From Negativicutes bacterium (GTDB taxonomy: Bacteria > Bacillota > Negativicutes > JAGOZY01): DNA of 39,610 nt. Both the position numbers and the translations under genes were made by a program. Position 1 is the first letter of the stretch, and every line of letters starts with the position of its first letter. The notes under the pieces were generated by a model. That model saw only the letters and a list, made by a program, of their open reading frames with translations, did not search any database and was not told the DNA's origin. This document shows, piece by piece, positions 1-9,973 of the stretch. The stretch is taken from NCBI GenBank assembly GCA_017995975.1, contig JAGOHU010000002.1, forward strand, positions 1 through 39,610, in the 5' to 3' direction.

Positions 1-431
1 TCTTAATGGCAATTTTGACTTATATCGTACAGAGCACTAAGATTGGAAAAGCGCTGAGAGCAGTTTCTTTTGATGTAGATGCGGCTCGATTGATGGGAAT
101 TCCAGTAGATCGGGTGATTGCTTTTACTTTTGCTTTGGGCTCTGCTTTGGCGGCTGCTGCAGGAGTATTGGTAGGGATTTATTACAACTCCATTGATCCA
201 CAGATGGGAGTTATGCCTGGCCTAAAAGCCTTTGTGGCGGCTGTACTCGGCGGGATCGGAGTGATCCCAGGCGCCATGGCCGGCGGACTACTTCTGGGGA
301 TTATCGAATCAATGGTGAGCGGTTTTTGGTCTTCTACTTTCCGAGATGCAGTGGCTTTTGGAATTTTAATTATGGTTCTTTTATTTAGACCGGCTGGTCT
401 TTTTGGTAAGAACACAAAAGAGAAAGTATAG
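1..431 (+). CDS. livH: Branched-chain amino acid ABC transporter permease, LivH type (C-terminal part; 5' end is outside the window)
   Basis: The ORF is open to the window edge. The polytopic hydrophobic sequence (GVMPGLKAFVAAVLGGIG) is typical of LivH-family permeases. It is followed directly by livM-livG-livF. Confidence 0.85.
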   Translation, partial: LMAILTYIVQSTKIGKALRAVSFDVDAARLMGIPVDRVIAFTFALGSALAAAAGVLVGIYYNSIDPQMGVMPGLKAFVAAVLGGIGVIPGAMAGGLLLGIIESMVSGFWSSTFRDAVAFGILIMVLLFRPAGLFGKNTKEKV

Positions 432-442
432 GAGGGAGAAAA

Positions 443-1399
443 GTGGAGCAATTACGAAAAAAAGATGGCATGGCTTTTCTGGGTGCAGCTTTTCTCTATG
501 GGATTTTATACTTTGCAATTGAAGAGCGAATTTTATCCCCTTTTTGGGCTTTGAATATCAAGCAGGTCTTGGTATTTATTATCTTGGCAGTGAGTTTGAA
601 TTTGATTAATGGATTTACAGGACAATTTTCGATTGGTCATGCAGGATTTATGGCCGTTGGGGCTTACATTTCGGCAGTTGCGACCACAAATTTTGATGTA
701 CCTTTTATTGGGGCAATTTTACTCGGGGCTTTGGCGGCTGGGGTGCTCGGCTTTTTGGTTGGCTTACCGACTTTGCGTCTTCAAGGGGATTATTTGGCCA
801 TTGCGACTCTCGGACTGGGAGAGATAATTCGAATTGTGATCTTGAATATCGAATATGTTGGCGGAGCTGCTGGTTTCAGCGGAATTCCAATTGAGACAAC
901 TTTTACTTGGGCTTTTTGGGCGATGGTGGTGAGTGTCTTTATTATCAAAAACTTTATTCGTTCCAATTATGGGAGAGCTTGTATTGGGATTCGGGAAAAT
1001 GAAATTGCTGCAGAAGCGATGGGAGTAAACACAACTTTTTATAAAGTGTTAGCCTTCACGATCGGTGCTTTTTTTGCAGGTGTAGCTGGAGCATTAGCAG
1101 CTCATCAGTATGGGATTGTCCATCCTTCTTCTTATACATTTGTTCAGTCTTTCTACATTTTGACTATGGTGGTTTTAGGTGGACTTGGTTCGATTACTGG
1201 TTCGATTGTTGGAGCCAGTTTGATTACCTTGGTCTCGGCGGCTTTATCTGACTATCCCCAAGCTCGGATGCTTATTTTCTCGGCTGGATTGGTTGGGTTG
1301 ATGAATTTCCGACCTCAAGGAATTATGGGAAGTAAAGAATTTGGTTTGTATATGATTCGTCGAATCTTCGGCAAAGGAGGCGATAAAAATGCTGCTTAA
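443..1399 (+). CDS. livM: Branched-chain amino acid ABC transporter permease, LivM type
   Basis: 318-aa polytopic membrane ORF with a GTG start 11 nt after the livH stop and a GGAGGGAG RBS. It contains the LivM-like [16 protein letters not shown] motif and overlaps livG by 11 nt. Confidence 0.85.
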   Translation: MEQLRKKDGMAFLGAAFLYGILYFAIEERILSPFWALNIKQVLVFIILAVSLNLINGFTGQFSIGHAGFMAVGAYISAVATTNFDVPFIGAILLGALAAGVLGFLVGLPTLRLQGDYLAIATLGLGEIIRIVILNIEYVGGAAGFSGIPIETTFTWAFWAMVVSVFIIKNFIRSNYGRACIGIRENEIAAEAMGVNTTFYKVLAFTIGAFFAGVAGALAAHQYGIVHPSSYTFVQSFYILTMVVLGGLGSITGSIVGASLITLVSAALSDYPQARMLIFSAGLVGLMNFRPQGIMGSKEFGLYMIRRIFGKGGDKNAA

Positions 1400-2150
1400 G
1401 GTAGAAAATTTGTCGAAAGAGTTTGGCGGACTTCGGGCGGTAAATGAAGTATCAATGGAGATCGGAGAAAAAGAATTGGTCGGGCTGATTGGCCCAAATG
1501 GAGCGGGGAAAACCACCTTCTTCAATTTGGTGACTGGAGTTTATGAACCAACCGAGGGAAAGGTGTTTTTTGAGGACAAAGAAATTCAGGGCAAAAAGCC
1601 TTATGTAATTACTCAGGGTGGGATGGCTCGAACTTTCCAAAATATTCGCCTTTTTTCGGAGGTTTCAGTGCTAGATAATATCCGAACTGCTTGTAGCTTT
1701 CGGGTAAAATATTCGGTGGTAGAGAGTATTTTTCGCTTTGGCCGTTATATGGCGGAGGAAAAAGCGATCGTGGCAGAATCGCTTCAATTGCTAGAAATTT
1801 TTGGGCTGGCTCATAAAAAAGATGAGCTAGCCAAGAATCTTCCCTATGGAGAGCAACGAAGATTGGAAATTGCCAGAGCTTTAGCAACTCATCCACGGCT
1901 ACTTTTGTTAGATGAACCAGCGGCAGGGATGAATCCTCAGGAGACCAAAGAGCTTACCGAACTGATTCAGTGGATTCGAGAGAAGTTTGATTTAACGATT
2001 TTATTGATTGAACATGATATGTCTTTGGTGATGAAGCTTTGCGAGAGAATTTATGTTCTTGATTATGGTACGGTGATTGCCCAAGGGACACCTCAAGAAA
2101 TTCGAAATAATCCGCGGGTCATTCAAGCGTATTTAGGAGAGGAGGGCTAA
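1389..2150 (+). CDS. livG: Branched-chain amino acid ABC transporter ATP-binding protein, LivG type
   Basis: Walker [13 protein letters not shown] signature [13 protein letters not shown], Walker [11 protein letters not shown], and the LivG-type C-terminal tail [10 protein letters not shown]. Confidence 0.9.
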   Translation: MLLKVENLSKEFGGLRAVNEVSMEIGEKELVGLIGPNGAGKTTFFNLVTGVYEPTEGKVFFEDKEIQGKKPYVITQGGMARTFQNIRLFSEVSVLDNIRTACSFRVKYSVVESIFRFGRYMAEEKAIVAESLQLLEIFGLAHKKDELAKNLPYGEQRRLEIARALATHPRLLLLDEPAAGMNPQETKELTELIQWIREKFDLTILLIEHDMSLVMKLCERIYVLDYGTVIAQGTPQEIRNNPRVIQAYLGEEG

Positions 2151-2151
2151 G

Positions 2152-2862
2152 ATGCTTAAAGTTGAAAATTTACATGTTCATTATGGAGCGATTCATGCCC
2201 TCAAAGGAATTTCAATTGAGGTGCCTCAAGGGAAGATTGTGACTTTGATCGGAGCAAATGGTGCGGGGAAATCGACAACCCTTCGAAGCTTGTCGGGTCT
2301 TTTAAAACCGAGCGAAGGTAGAATTCTTTTAGAGGGGAAAGAGATTCACAAATTGGCAGCTCAAGAAATTGTGAGCCTTGGTATGAGCCAAGTGCCAGAG
2401 GGCAGAAGAGTTTTTGCTAATATGACTGTTCGAGAGAATCTTGATCTAGGCGCTTACATCCGAAACGATAAGCAAGGAATCCAAGAAGATATGGATAAAA
2501 TATTTCTTCGTTTTCCTCGGCTAAAAGAAAGAGAAAAGCAAATGGCTGGAACTCTTTCAGGAGGCGAGCAACAAATGCTCGCTATGGGAAGGGCTTTGAT
2601 GAGTCGCCCCCGGTTGCTACTTTTAGATGAACCTTCGATGGGATTGGCCCCTCTTCTGGTAAAAGAGATTTTCCAGATTGTACGAGATATTAATACAACC
2701 GGTACAACAGTACTCTTGGTAGAGCAAAACGCCCATATGGCTTTGGGAGTAGCTGATTACGCTTATGTGCTGGAGACCGGTAAGATTAACTTAGAAGGCG
2801 AAGGCAAAGAATTAGCGAATTCTCCAGAGGTAAAGGCCGCCTATCTGGGCGGCGAAGAATAG
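2152..2862 (+). CDS. livF: Branched-chain amino acid ABC transporter ATP-binding protein, LivF type
   Basis: Walker A GANGAGKST, signature LSGGEQQMLAMGRAL, Walker B LLLLDEPSMG, and the tail SPEVKAAYLG. It starts 1 nt after the livG stop. Confidence 0.9.
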   Translation: MLKVENLHVHYGAIHALKGISIEVPQGKIVTLIGANGAGKSTTLRSLSGLLKPSEGRILLEGKEIHKLAAQEIVSLGMSQVPEGRRVFANMTVRENLDLGAYIRNDKQGIQEDMDKIFLRFPRLKEREKQMAGTLSGGEQQMLAMGRALMSRPRLLLLDEPSMGLAPLLVKEIFQIVRDINTTGTTVLLVEQNAHMALGVADYAYVLETGKINLEGEGKELANSPEVKAAYLGGEE

Positions 2863-2877
2863 AAAGGAGGAAAACAG

Positions 2878-3540
2878 ATGTTTGTAGCAGATCGAATGAC
2901 CCCGAATCCAGTGACGATCAGTCCCGAGACAACAGTGACAACAGCTCAGGAAATGATGAGGAAGAATCATTTTCGCCGTTTGCCTGTGATGGATGGGGAA
3001 AAATTAGTGGGCTGGGTGACTGAGGAAGATTTACGTCAAGTGGCTCCCTCTTCGGCGACCACTCTTTCGGTATATGAGATTAACTATTTATTGGCTAAAT
3101 TAAAAATTGTTGATGTGATGGTCAAAGATGTGATTGTGGTAAAAGCAGATGCTCCGATCGAAGAAGCTGCACTATTGATGCTTCAATATAAAATTGGTGG
3201 GATGCCCGTACTGGATGCAGATGAAAAAGTAGTCGGAGTTGTTACGGAGACCGATATTTTTAAAGCTTTCTTGGAGATGAGTGGAGTGGCTACGGATAAA
3301 ACAACTCGCTTTACTTTGAAAGTGTCGGACCGTGTTGGTGTGCTGGAAGCTTTAGGTGGATTGTTTGCTCGAAAAGGTTTGTCCATTGCATCGATTGCAG
3401 TTTATCAGACTACGGAAGATGCAGTAAAATTGATTTTGCGAGTCCGAGGTGCCGAGGAGGAAACTCGTGCGGCGATCCCAGACATTGAAAATTTAGGAAT
3501 TGAAATTATAGCAGTTCATTTTCTCGCAGGTGGAAAATAA
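2878..3540 (+). CDS. CBS-pair plus ACT-like domain protein (AcuB-like)
   Basis: 220-aa ORF with a GGAGG RBS. Two CBS-like repeats (RRLPVMDGEKLVGWVTEEDL and GGMPVLDADEKVVGVVTETDIF) are followed by a C-terminal ACT-like fold. It is the last gene of the liv operon. Confidence 0.7.
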   Translation: MFVADRMTPNPVTISPETTVTTAQEMMRKNHFRRLPVMDGEKLVGWVTEEDLRQVAPSSATTLSVYEINYLLAKLKIVDVMVKDVIVVKADAPIEEAALLMLQYKIGGMPVLDADEKVVGVVTETDIFKAFLEMSGVATDKTTRFTLKVSDRVGVLEALGGLFARKGLSIASIAVYQTTEDAVKLILRVRGAEEETRAAIPDIENLGIEIIAVHFLAGGK

Positions 3541-3541
3541 G

Positions 3542-3578
3542 AAAAACCGTTCGAACCATTGGGTTCGAACGGTTTTTT
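3542..3578. terminator. Bidirectional intrinsic terminator
   Basis: Perfect 16-bp stem AAAAACCGTTCGAACC / GGTTCGAACGGTTTTT with a 4-nt loop. An A-run lies 5' and a T-run 3', so it can terminate both strands. Confidence 0.85.
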
Positions 3579-3718
3579 AGTTGCAAACGATCAAGTAAAT
3601 GAGCTGGTTTAATTGTTTTGTGTGAATCCAAGTTTGGGATGATTTGATTAGCCCCATAGCTGACCTATGTTAGATTGCAGAAAAATTGGTATCGTTGAAG
3701 CCAAAGTCACTCTGGGTT

Positions 3719-4357
3719 TTATTTGACAGAGACAAGGGCGCCACCTAGCAAGGTAGTTTGGTACCAACTTTTGAAGTCAATTTCAAATAGCAGGCCGTTA
3801 TCAATAATTGTTGCCCAGCCATTTTTGTCGGACAAATCCTGGTATCCGACTATTGTAACCCAATGCCAAGAGTCTAAGTTTTTTAAATCGCCATTGGAAT
3901 AGTTTAAAAAGGCAATGGGATTTTTTGCTTCTAATTCATCTTTCAAGAACATTTCTACTTGTTCCCAAGGCATTTTTTCTGCCCATTGGTATGAAATATC
4001 TAGTATGCCAGTTTGTAGGGAAAGATTGTGGGATTTTCCGTAATTTTGTATTCCCCTAGAAAAATCGGAAAAAGAGTAAAGTCCAAGCCGCTTTGGGGTC
4101 ACAAAAGTCCATATTTTTTCCATCATTTGTTGATAGTCAGTTCCTGTATAATTTGGGCTTTCCCAAAGAGGTGCATAGTTTGGATGGACTTGGGAGAGAT
4201 ATGCCAAAATGTTTGTTGCGGTTGTGGGGCCACAACCAGCTTTGCGGTGAAAATTGGAACTAAGAAACCAATCCTGGTCAGCGCCCCAAGAAGGATCGGT
4301 ATTTGTTAAATTTGTTGTGGAAAAATAGTCTAAATTTGGTAAGGAGAATTTTGTCAT
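3719..4357 (-). CDS. Hypothetical papain-fold (C39-like) cysteine peptidase family protein
   Basis: The ORF was trimmed to the internal ATG at 4357, which lies 10 nt after the upstream stop. A candidate Cys nucleophile sits in AGCGPTTATNILAYL and a His in DSWHWVTIVGY, followed by IIDNG. There is no signal peptide. Confidence 0.5.
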   Translation of the reverse strand: MTKFSLPNLDYFSTTNLTNTDPSWGADQDWFLSSNFHRKAGCGPTTATNILAYLSQVHPNYAPLWESPNYTGTDYQQMMEKIWTFVTPKRLGLYSFSDFSRGIQNYGKSHNLSLQTGILDISYQWAEKMPWEQVEMFLKDELEAKNPIAFLNYSNGDLKNLDSWHWVTIVGYQDLSDKNGWATIIDNGLLFEIDFKSWYQTTLLGGALVSVK

Positions 4358-4367
4358 TGCAATAATC

Positions 4368-4946
4368 CTATTTATCTTTGCTACTGGTGACGATTTTTTC
4401 ACCATGATACTTTTCCCCATCATTATTTGGAAGAAGGCCATAGCGTTCTGCCCAGAGGGTTTTGTATTTTACTGCTTGAGCATGGGTCGAGTCGGTATTT
4501 TCTGGTAAGGTTTTTACGATTTTCCCAGGTACTCCGACCACCAGCGAGAAGGGTGGAACAATCGTACGTGGTGAGACTACTGCACCAGCGGCAACGATGG
4601 TGCCTCGTCCGATGACGGCTCCGTCCAGTACAGTAGAACCCATTCCGATTAGGCAATGATCTTCTACTGTGCAGGCATGGACTGTTGCATTGTGCCCTAC
4701 AGTGACATAATCACCAATGATGGTAGGGTGGCTGTCGGATACATGGACAACTGCATTATCTTGAAGATTGGTATAGCGACCAATTGTTATTTCATTTACA
4801 TCACCTCGGACAATTGCGTTGTACCAGACACTACTAAATTCACCAATGGTGACTTTTCCAAGCACATGAGCTCCCTGAGCAATAAAAACTTTTTCATCTA
4901 TTTGAGGTTTTTTTCCTTCAAATAGGATATCTGTATAGGTAATCAT
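4368..4946 (-). CDS. Gamma-carbonic-anhydrase-like / hexapeptide-repeat (LbH) family protein
   Basis: 192-aa ORF with a GGAGG RBS. It has left-handed beta-helix hexapeptide repeats and conserved His residues (VVHVSD, GHNATVHAC) typical of the YrdA/PaaY gamma-CA family. Confidence 0.8.
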   Translation of the reverse strand: MITYTDILFEGKKPQIDEKVFIAQGAHVLGKVTIGEFSSVWYNAIVRGDVNEITIGRYTNLQDNAVVHVSDSHPTIIGDYVTVGHNATVHACTVEDHCLIGMGSTVLDGAVIGRGTIVAAGAVVSPRTIVPPFSLVVGVPGKIVKTLPENTDSTHAQAVKYKTLWAERYGLLPNNDGEKYHGEKIVTSSKDK

Positions 4947-5106
4947 AACTATTCCTCCTTTGTTTGAATATCTTACTTTTATTATAATACAACCAAAGAA
5001 AAAAAACGAATGATCCTCTCATTTCGGGTTTTACAAAAAGTCCCTTTTCCTAATTATTAGTGATATTATAATAGTGAGATAAAGCGAGAAAGAAGGTGGT
5101 TGTTTT

Positions 5107-6510
5107 ATGAACAAATTGACTAAAACGTTACTCGTGGTTGGTGTCGGAATGATTATTTGGTTTATCCCTGTCCCATCAGGCCTTACAGTAAATGCTTGGC
5201 ATCTATTAGCTATTTTCGTGGCGACTATTCTGGGTTTTATTTTACAGCCCTTACCAATTGGTGGGGTCGCATTTATTGCGATTACTCTGGCGGTAGTGAC
5301 TCAGACAATTAAAATTGGCGAGGCTTTGAGTGGCTTTGCAGATACAACGATTTGGCTTATTGTGTGTGCATTTTTGTTTGCCAAAGGAGTGATTCAGTCG
5401 GGGCTCGGAAAACGAATCGCTTTTATTTTAATTGGTGCTTTTGGAACGAGTACCTTAAAACTAGCTTATGCTTTGGCAGCAACAGAATTGATACTAGCAC
5501 CAGCTACTCCTTCCAATACGGCTCGGGGTGGAGGCATTATGTTTCCCATTATCAAGAGTCTTTGTCTGGCTTTTAAGTCTGAGCCCGGTGAGACTTCCAA
5601 TCGTAAAATTGGGGCCTATTTGATGATGATGGGTCATACAGCCAATATTAATACGGCCATGATGTTTATGACCGCTTCGGCTGTTGGCCCTTTGATTGTT
5701 TCACTAGGAAGAAAAGTACTTGGTGTAGAGGTGACTTGGTGGATGTGGTTTTCTGCTGCTTCGTTACCTGCCTTGCTCTGTTTGGTCTTTTTTCCTTATT
5801 TTTTATATAAAGTGTATCCACCGGAGATAAAAGAGACCCCGGAAGCACCAGCACTAGCTAAAAAGGAATTGGCTGATATGGGGAGTGCGAGTCGAGAAGA
5901 AAAATCGGTAGCTCTTATTTTTCTGACTTGCTTGGTTCTGTGGGCAACTTCGTCTTTTTCGGGCCTAAGTGCTACTACCGTTGCGATGATTGGTGTCTCT
6001 GGAATGATTGGGGCTCAAGCTTTGAGCTGGCAAGATATTTTAGAGGAAAAGGCGGCTTGGGATGTTTTGATTTGGATGGGAGTTATTGTCGGGATGGCAG
6101 GGCTACTTGCTAAATTTGGAGTGGTCAATCTTTTTGCAATGACTGTAAAAAATGCAATTGGCCACTTGGATTGGCGGATCGCTTTCTTGATTGTTTCTTT
6201 GATTTATTGCTATAGCCAGTATTTTTTTGCTAGTGGTACTGCGAGAGTAACAGCGTTGTTCTCCACTTTTTCAGCAGTCTTGGTCGCATTAGGAGCACCA
6301 CCGCTTTATACAGTCTTGATGTTTGGTATAATCGGCGGAGTCGGATCGACGTTGACTCATTATGGCTCGGCAGTGACACCGATTTTCTTTAACGCGGGCT
6401 ATGTGCCACAAGGTACTTGGTGGAAAATTGGTTTTGCCATTTCAGCCATCAATTTTATTATCTCCTTTGGACTAGGAAGTCTGTGGTTACATTTCTTAGG
6501 GTATGTATAA
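5107..6510 (+). CDS. DASS/SLC13-family anion (di/tricarboxylate, 2-oxoglutarate/malate-type) permease
   Basis: 467-aa polytopic ORF with the DASS hairpin motif ATPSNTARGGG and a repeated architecture. Confidence 0.75.
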   Translation: MNKLTKTLLVVGVGMIIWFIPVPSGLTVNAWHLLAIFVATILGFILQPLPIGGVAFIAITLAVVTQTIKIGEALSGFADTTIWLIVCAFLFAKGVIQSGLGKRIAFILIGAFGTSTLKLAYALAATELILAPATPSNTARGGGIMFPIIKSLCLAFKSEPGETSNRKIGAYLMMMGHTANINTAMMFMTASAVGPLIVSLGRKVLGVEVTWWMWFSAASLPALLCLVFFPYFLYKVYPPEIKETPEAPALAKKELADMGSASREEKSVALIFLTCLVLWATSSFSGLSATTVAMIGVSGMIGAQALSWQDILEEKAAWDVLIWMGVIVGMAGLLAKFGVVNLFAMTVKNAIGHLDWRIAFLIVSLIYCYSQYFFASGTARVTALFSTFSAVLVALGAPPLYTVLMFGIIGGVGSTLTHYGSAVTPIFFNAGYVPQGTWWKIGFAISAINFIISFGLGSLWLHFLGYV

Positions 6511-6533
6511 AAAGATAGAAGGGGGAATTTGCC

Positions 6534-7700
6534 ATGGAATTTAAATGGAACGGCTGCAAAGACTTAAAAGAGTATGTGGTAGGGTTGCGAAGAGAATTTC
6601 ACCAATTTCCAGAGATTAGTGAAGAAGAGGTGAATACATCCAAACGAGTTCAAAAGGAACTAGATTCATTGGGAATCGCTTATGAAGTTTTTCCAAATCA
6701 CTATGGAATTATTGGGAAAATTGAAAATGGGGCTGGGCCAGTGATCGCTTTACGAGCTGATATGGATGCCCTTTCGGTGGTCGAGGAGACAGGTCTTCCT
6801 TTTGAGTCTTGCAATTCGGGAAAAATGCATGCTTGTGGACATGATGGTCATATGTCTATGCTTTTAGGAGCTGCGAAATTGCTGCTACAAAACAAAGATC
6901 AGTGGCAAGGAACAGTTAAACTGCTATTTCAACCAGCAGAGGAGCTGGCTCCAAAAGGGGGAGCTCACTATCTGATTGAGTCTGGTGCGTTAGAAGGAGT
7001 CGATTATATTTTTGGTTGCCATGTTTGGCCTGATTTGGAGGCTGGAAGCGTTGGAATCCGCAAAGGTTATTTGATGGCTTCGTCTGATCGCTTTTGGGTG
7101 ACCTTGAAAGGAAAAGCTTCTCATGCCGCATTGCCTCACCAAGGAGTGGATGCCATTGTGATGGCAGCAGAAGCAATCCAACAAATTTATATGGTACGAG
7201 CTCGTCAAATGGACCCAATTGCACCAGTCACAGTTAATGTAGGAGTCATCCAAGGAGGAAGTCGTTACAATGTGGTACCAGGGGAAGTGAAACTAGAAGG
7301 GACTGTGCGTACTCTTGATGCAGAGATGCGCAACCTTTATCCGGTACGTCTGAAAAGACAATTGGAACATTTGGCGCTAGGCTATGGTGGCGAGGCAATG
7401 TTAGATTATCAATTTGGTTATCCACCACTAAATAATAATGATGGGGCGGTTGATATTTTTGCAGAAGCGGCCTTGGAAGTGCTGGATCAAGAAAAGATCG
7501 ACCTAAATGTAAAGCCTGCTTTGCCGGCAGAAGATTTTTCTTTTTTCTTAGAAAAATGTGCTGGTGCATATTTTTGGTTGGGTTGCAAAAAAGAAGGTAG
7601 TGGGGCTCTTCATAATGGAACCTTTGATATGAGTGAAGAAATCCTGCCTTTAGGTGCAACTTTACTTTTTGAAACGGCCAAGAAAGGGTTAAATAAATAA
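6534..7700 (+). CDS. M20D-family amidohydrolase (N-acyl-L-amino acid amidohydrolase / hippurate hydrolase-like)
   Basis: 388-aa ORF with the metal-binding motif MHACGHDGH and FQPAEE. It lies 23 nt downstream of the DASS permease. Confidence 0.85.
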   Translation: MEFKWNGCKDLKEYVVGLRREFHQFPEISEEEVNTSKRVQKELDSLGIAYEVFPNHYGIIGKIENGAGPVIALRADMDALSVVEETGLPFESCNSGKMHACGHDGHMSMLLGAAKLLLQNKDQWQGTVKLLFQPAEELAPKGGAHYLIESGALEGVDYIFGCHVWPDLEAGSVGIRKGYLMASSDRFWVTLKGKASHAALPHQGVDAIVMAAEAIQQIYMVRARQMDPIAPVTVNVGVIQGGSRYNVVPGEVKLEGTVRTLDAEMRNLYPVRLKRQLEHLALGYGGEAMLDYQFGYPPLNNNDGAVDIFAEAALEVLDQEKIDLNVKPALPAEDFSFFLEKCAGAYFWLGCKKEGSGALHNGTFDMSEEILPLGATLLFETAKKGLNK

Positions 7701-7876
7701 AAAAACAGAAAAAGATATTTGATTTTTCTGATAAATAGGTTATAATTTGTGTATACAAGAATTATAAAAATTTCTTAAGGATATTTGGAAAATTCTTGTG
7801 AATCTAATCACATTGTTTACCTGATTTGAATAGTTAGCCTAGTGATTTTTTCAAAAAGGAAAGGAAAGTGTATAAA

Positions 7877-9133
7877 ATGAGTAACCATGAAATTTCGGCT
7901 TTAGACGTTGCCCACGAACAACTAGATAAAATTGCTTCTTTCTTGAAATTGGATCCTGCGATTCACGCAATTCTAAGAGAGCCACAACGCTGCTTAGAAG
8001 TAGCAATTCCTGTAACTATGGATGATGGAAGTATTCAAGTATTTACCGGATATCGTTCTATGCATTGCGATGCAATTGGACCTGGAAAAGGCGGAATTCG
8101 TTTTCACCAAAACGTAACGATGGATGAAGTAAAAGCATTGTCCATTTGGATGACTTTCAAATGCGGAGTTCTCAATCTTCCTTATGGTGGTGGAAAAGGC
8201 GGAGTTATTGTTGACCCAAGTAAACTTTCTCAAGCAGAGCTTGAGCGTTTGGCTCGTGGATATATCCGTGCAATCGCTCCTGTTATCGGCGAAAAAGTTG
8301 ACGTTCCAGCTCCGGACGTAAATACAAATCCGACAATCATGGGATGGATGCTCGATGAGTACATCAAAATTAAAGGAAATGATATCGGCGTTCTTACTGG
8401 TAAACCATTAATTTTAGGTGGTTCTGCTGGACGTACTGCAGCTACTGGACGAGGAACTGCAATTACGGTTCGGGAAGCACTGAAAAAATTAGGTATGGAT
8501 ATTAAAGGCGCTAAAGTAGTTGTTCAAGGATTTGGTAACGTAGGATCCTTCGCAGCACGCTTCATTGAAGAGCTTGGTGCTAAAATCATCGCTGTAAGTG
8601 ATGTAAATGGTGGAATCTTCAATGCTGATGGAATCAGTGTTGCAGCTCTTGAAAAAGAAATGGCTGAAAAGAAAACTATCGTTGGTCTAGCTGGAGTAAA
8701 ACAAATCAGCAACAGCGAGCTTCTTGAGCTTGAGTGTGATGTGTTGGTTCCAGCAGCTCTGGAAAACCAAATCACCAAAGAAAATGCAGAAAATATCAAA
8801 GCGAAAGTGATTGCAGAAGCTGCAAATGGTCCTACAACACCAGAAGCTGACGAAATTCTCCGCAAACGTAAAATTGTAGTAATGCCTGACATTCTCACCA
8901 ATGCAGGTGGAGTGACTGTGTCTTACTTCGAGTGGGTACAAAACCGTTATGGTCTCTACTGGACTGAAAAAGAAGTGAACCAGCGTCTGGAAGATGCAAT
9001 GGTTCATTCCTTTGAAAACGTATGGGCTATGTATCAAAAAAATATCAACGATGTAACTCCTCGTATGGCAGCTTACATGGTATCGATTGATCGTCTCGCT
9101 CAAGCAATTAAAGCTCGCGGATGGGTAAAATAA
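7877..9133 (+). CDS. gdh: Glutamate dehydrogenase (Glu/Leu/Phe/Val dehydrogenase family)
   Basis: Catalytic motifs GKGGIRFH and PYGGGKGG are present, with the dinucleotide fold VVVQGFGNVGS. The ATG at 7877 is preferred over the GTG at 7868 on RBS spacing. Confidence 0.9.
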   Translation: MSNHEISALDVAHEQLDKIASFLKLDPAIHAILREPQRCLEVAIPVTMDDGSIQVFTGYRSMHCDAIGPGKGGIRFHQNVTMDEVKALSIWMTFKCGVLNLPYGGGKGGVIVDPSKLSQAELERLARGYIRAIAPVIGEKVDVPAPDVNTNPTIMGWMLDEYIKIKGNDIGVLTGKPLILGGSAGRTAATGRGTAITVREALKKLGMDIKGAKVVVQGFGNVGSFAARFIEELGAKIIAVSDVNGGIFNADGISVAALEKEMAEKKTIVGLAGVKQISNSELLELECDVLVPAALENQITKENAENIKAKVIAEAANGPTTPEADEILRKRKIVVMPDILTNAGGVTVSYFEWVQNRYGLYWTEKEVNQRLEDAMVHSFENVWAMYQKNINDVTPRMAAYMVSIDRLAQAIKARGWVK

Positions 9134-9153
9134 GATAATCTATAGTAGTATTT

Positions 9154-9186
9154 GAAGGAAGAGTGCGAAGGCACTCTTCCTTTTTA
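9154..9186 (+). terminator. Intrinsic terminator of gdh
   Basis: Stem GGAAGAGTGC / GCACTCTTCC with a GAAG loop, followed by TTTTT. Confidence 0.85.
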
Positions 9187-9274
9187 CGTTAAACGGTCAT
9201 TTTGAATAATGGTATTGTATGACTTCCGGTGATTTGTTAAAATTTGAAAGGGAAATAAATAAGGGGGTATTATT

Positions 9275-9919
9275 TTGAAAAAAAAGACTCTATTAATGGT
9301 TGTATTGTGCTCGTTGCTCTTGGTCGCTGGTTGTAGTAGTGATAAAAAAGAAAATAAAGAGCCAGATAAGAAAGTAGAAACTACTCAATCCAAGGCAGAA
9401 GAAAAAACGGCTCAGTCGGGAATTGAACAAAGTAAGGTGTTTTCCGATAGTAAAGTAGCAGAAGCTTTGAAAGCCGAGATTAAAGAAAAAATTGGCTCAG
9501 CTAAGGTTTTTGAAGAGATTCAAATTACGGAAAATTTGGTCACCATTTCTTATCAAGACCCAACTAAAGCAACCAATGTGGATGCTTATAAAAAGCTCAA
9601 TGGTTCTTGGAGTGGACCTCATCCAGTAAAAATAACTTTAAGTGGTGGAAAAACCGATGACAAAGAAGCATTGGCTCGAGCCATTACAAATAGTTCTTGG
9701 AACATTGATGAATTTGATTTTAAAATGATTCCTAAACTCATGGAAGATGCCCAAAAGAAGGCAAAAGAAAAAGGAATTGAAGACCCAAAAGTAGATAAAA
9801 ATATTATTATTGGTCTTTACTTATCAGATAAACGGGTGATCCAAATTGGTGTAAAGGGAACTCGTGGAAATGCGACATACCGAGCAAATATGGATGGAAG
9901 TTTTGAGAGCCTCAATTAA
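9275..9919 (+). CDS. Lipoprotein, function unknown
   Basis: TTG start with a GGGGG RBS. Signal peptide with lipobox LLVAG-C, followed by a Lys/Glu-rich linker. Confidence 0.75.
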   Translation: MKKKTLLMVVLCSLLLVAGCSSDKKENKEPDKKVETTQSKAEEKTAQSGIEQSKVFSDSKVAEALKAEIKEKIGSAKVFEEIQITENLVTISYQDPTKATNVDAYKKLNGSWSGPHPVKITLSGGKTDDKEALARAITNSSWNIDEFDFKMIPKLMEDAQKKAKEKGIEDPKVDKNIIIGLYLSDKRVIQIGVKGTRGNATYRANMDGSFESLN

Positions 9920-9946
9920 TCTCATTCACTAAAAGCATAGATAATC

Positions 9947-9973
9947 AAAAAGAGTACTGATTTTCAGTACTCT
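9947..9973 (+). repeat. Left copy of a 27-bp direct repeat (terminator hairpin without its T-tail)
   Basis: AAAAAGAGTACTGATTTTCAGTACTCT is identical to 10491-10517. Here the hairpin is followed by CAGGCTG instead of a T-run. Confidence 0.9.

Noticed and set aside
7246-7758. A 170-aa minus-strand ORF.
   Set aside because: It is antisense to the M20D amidohydrolase, runs into the gdh promoter region, and has no RBS or motifs.
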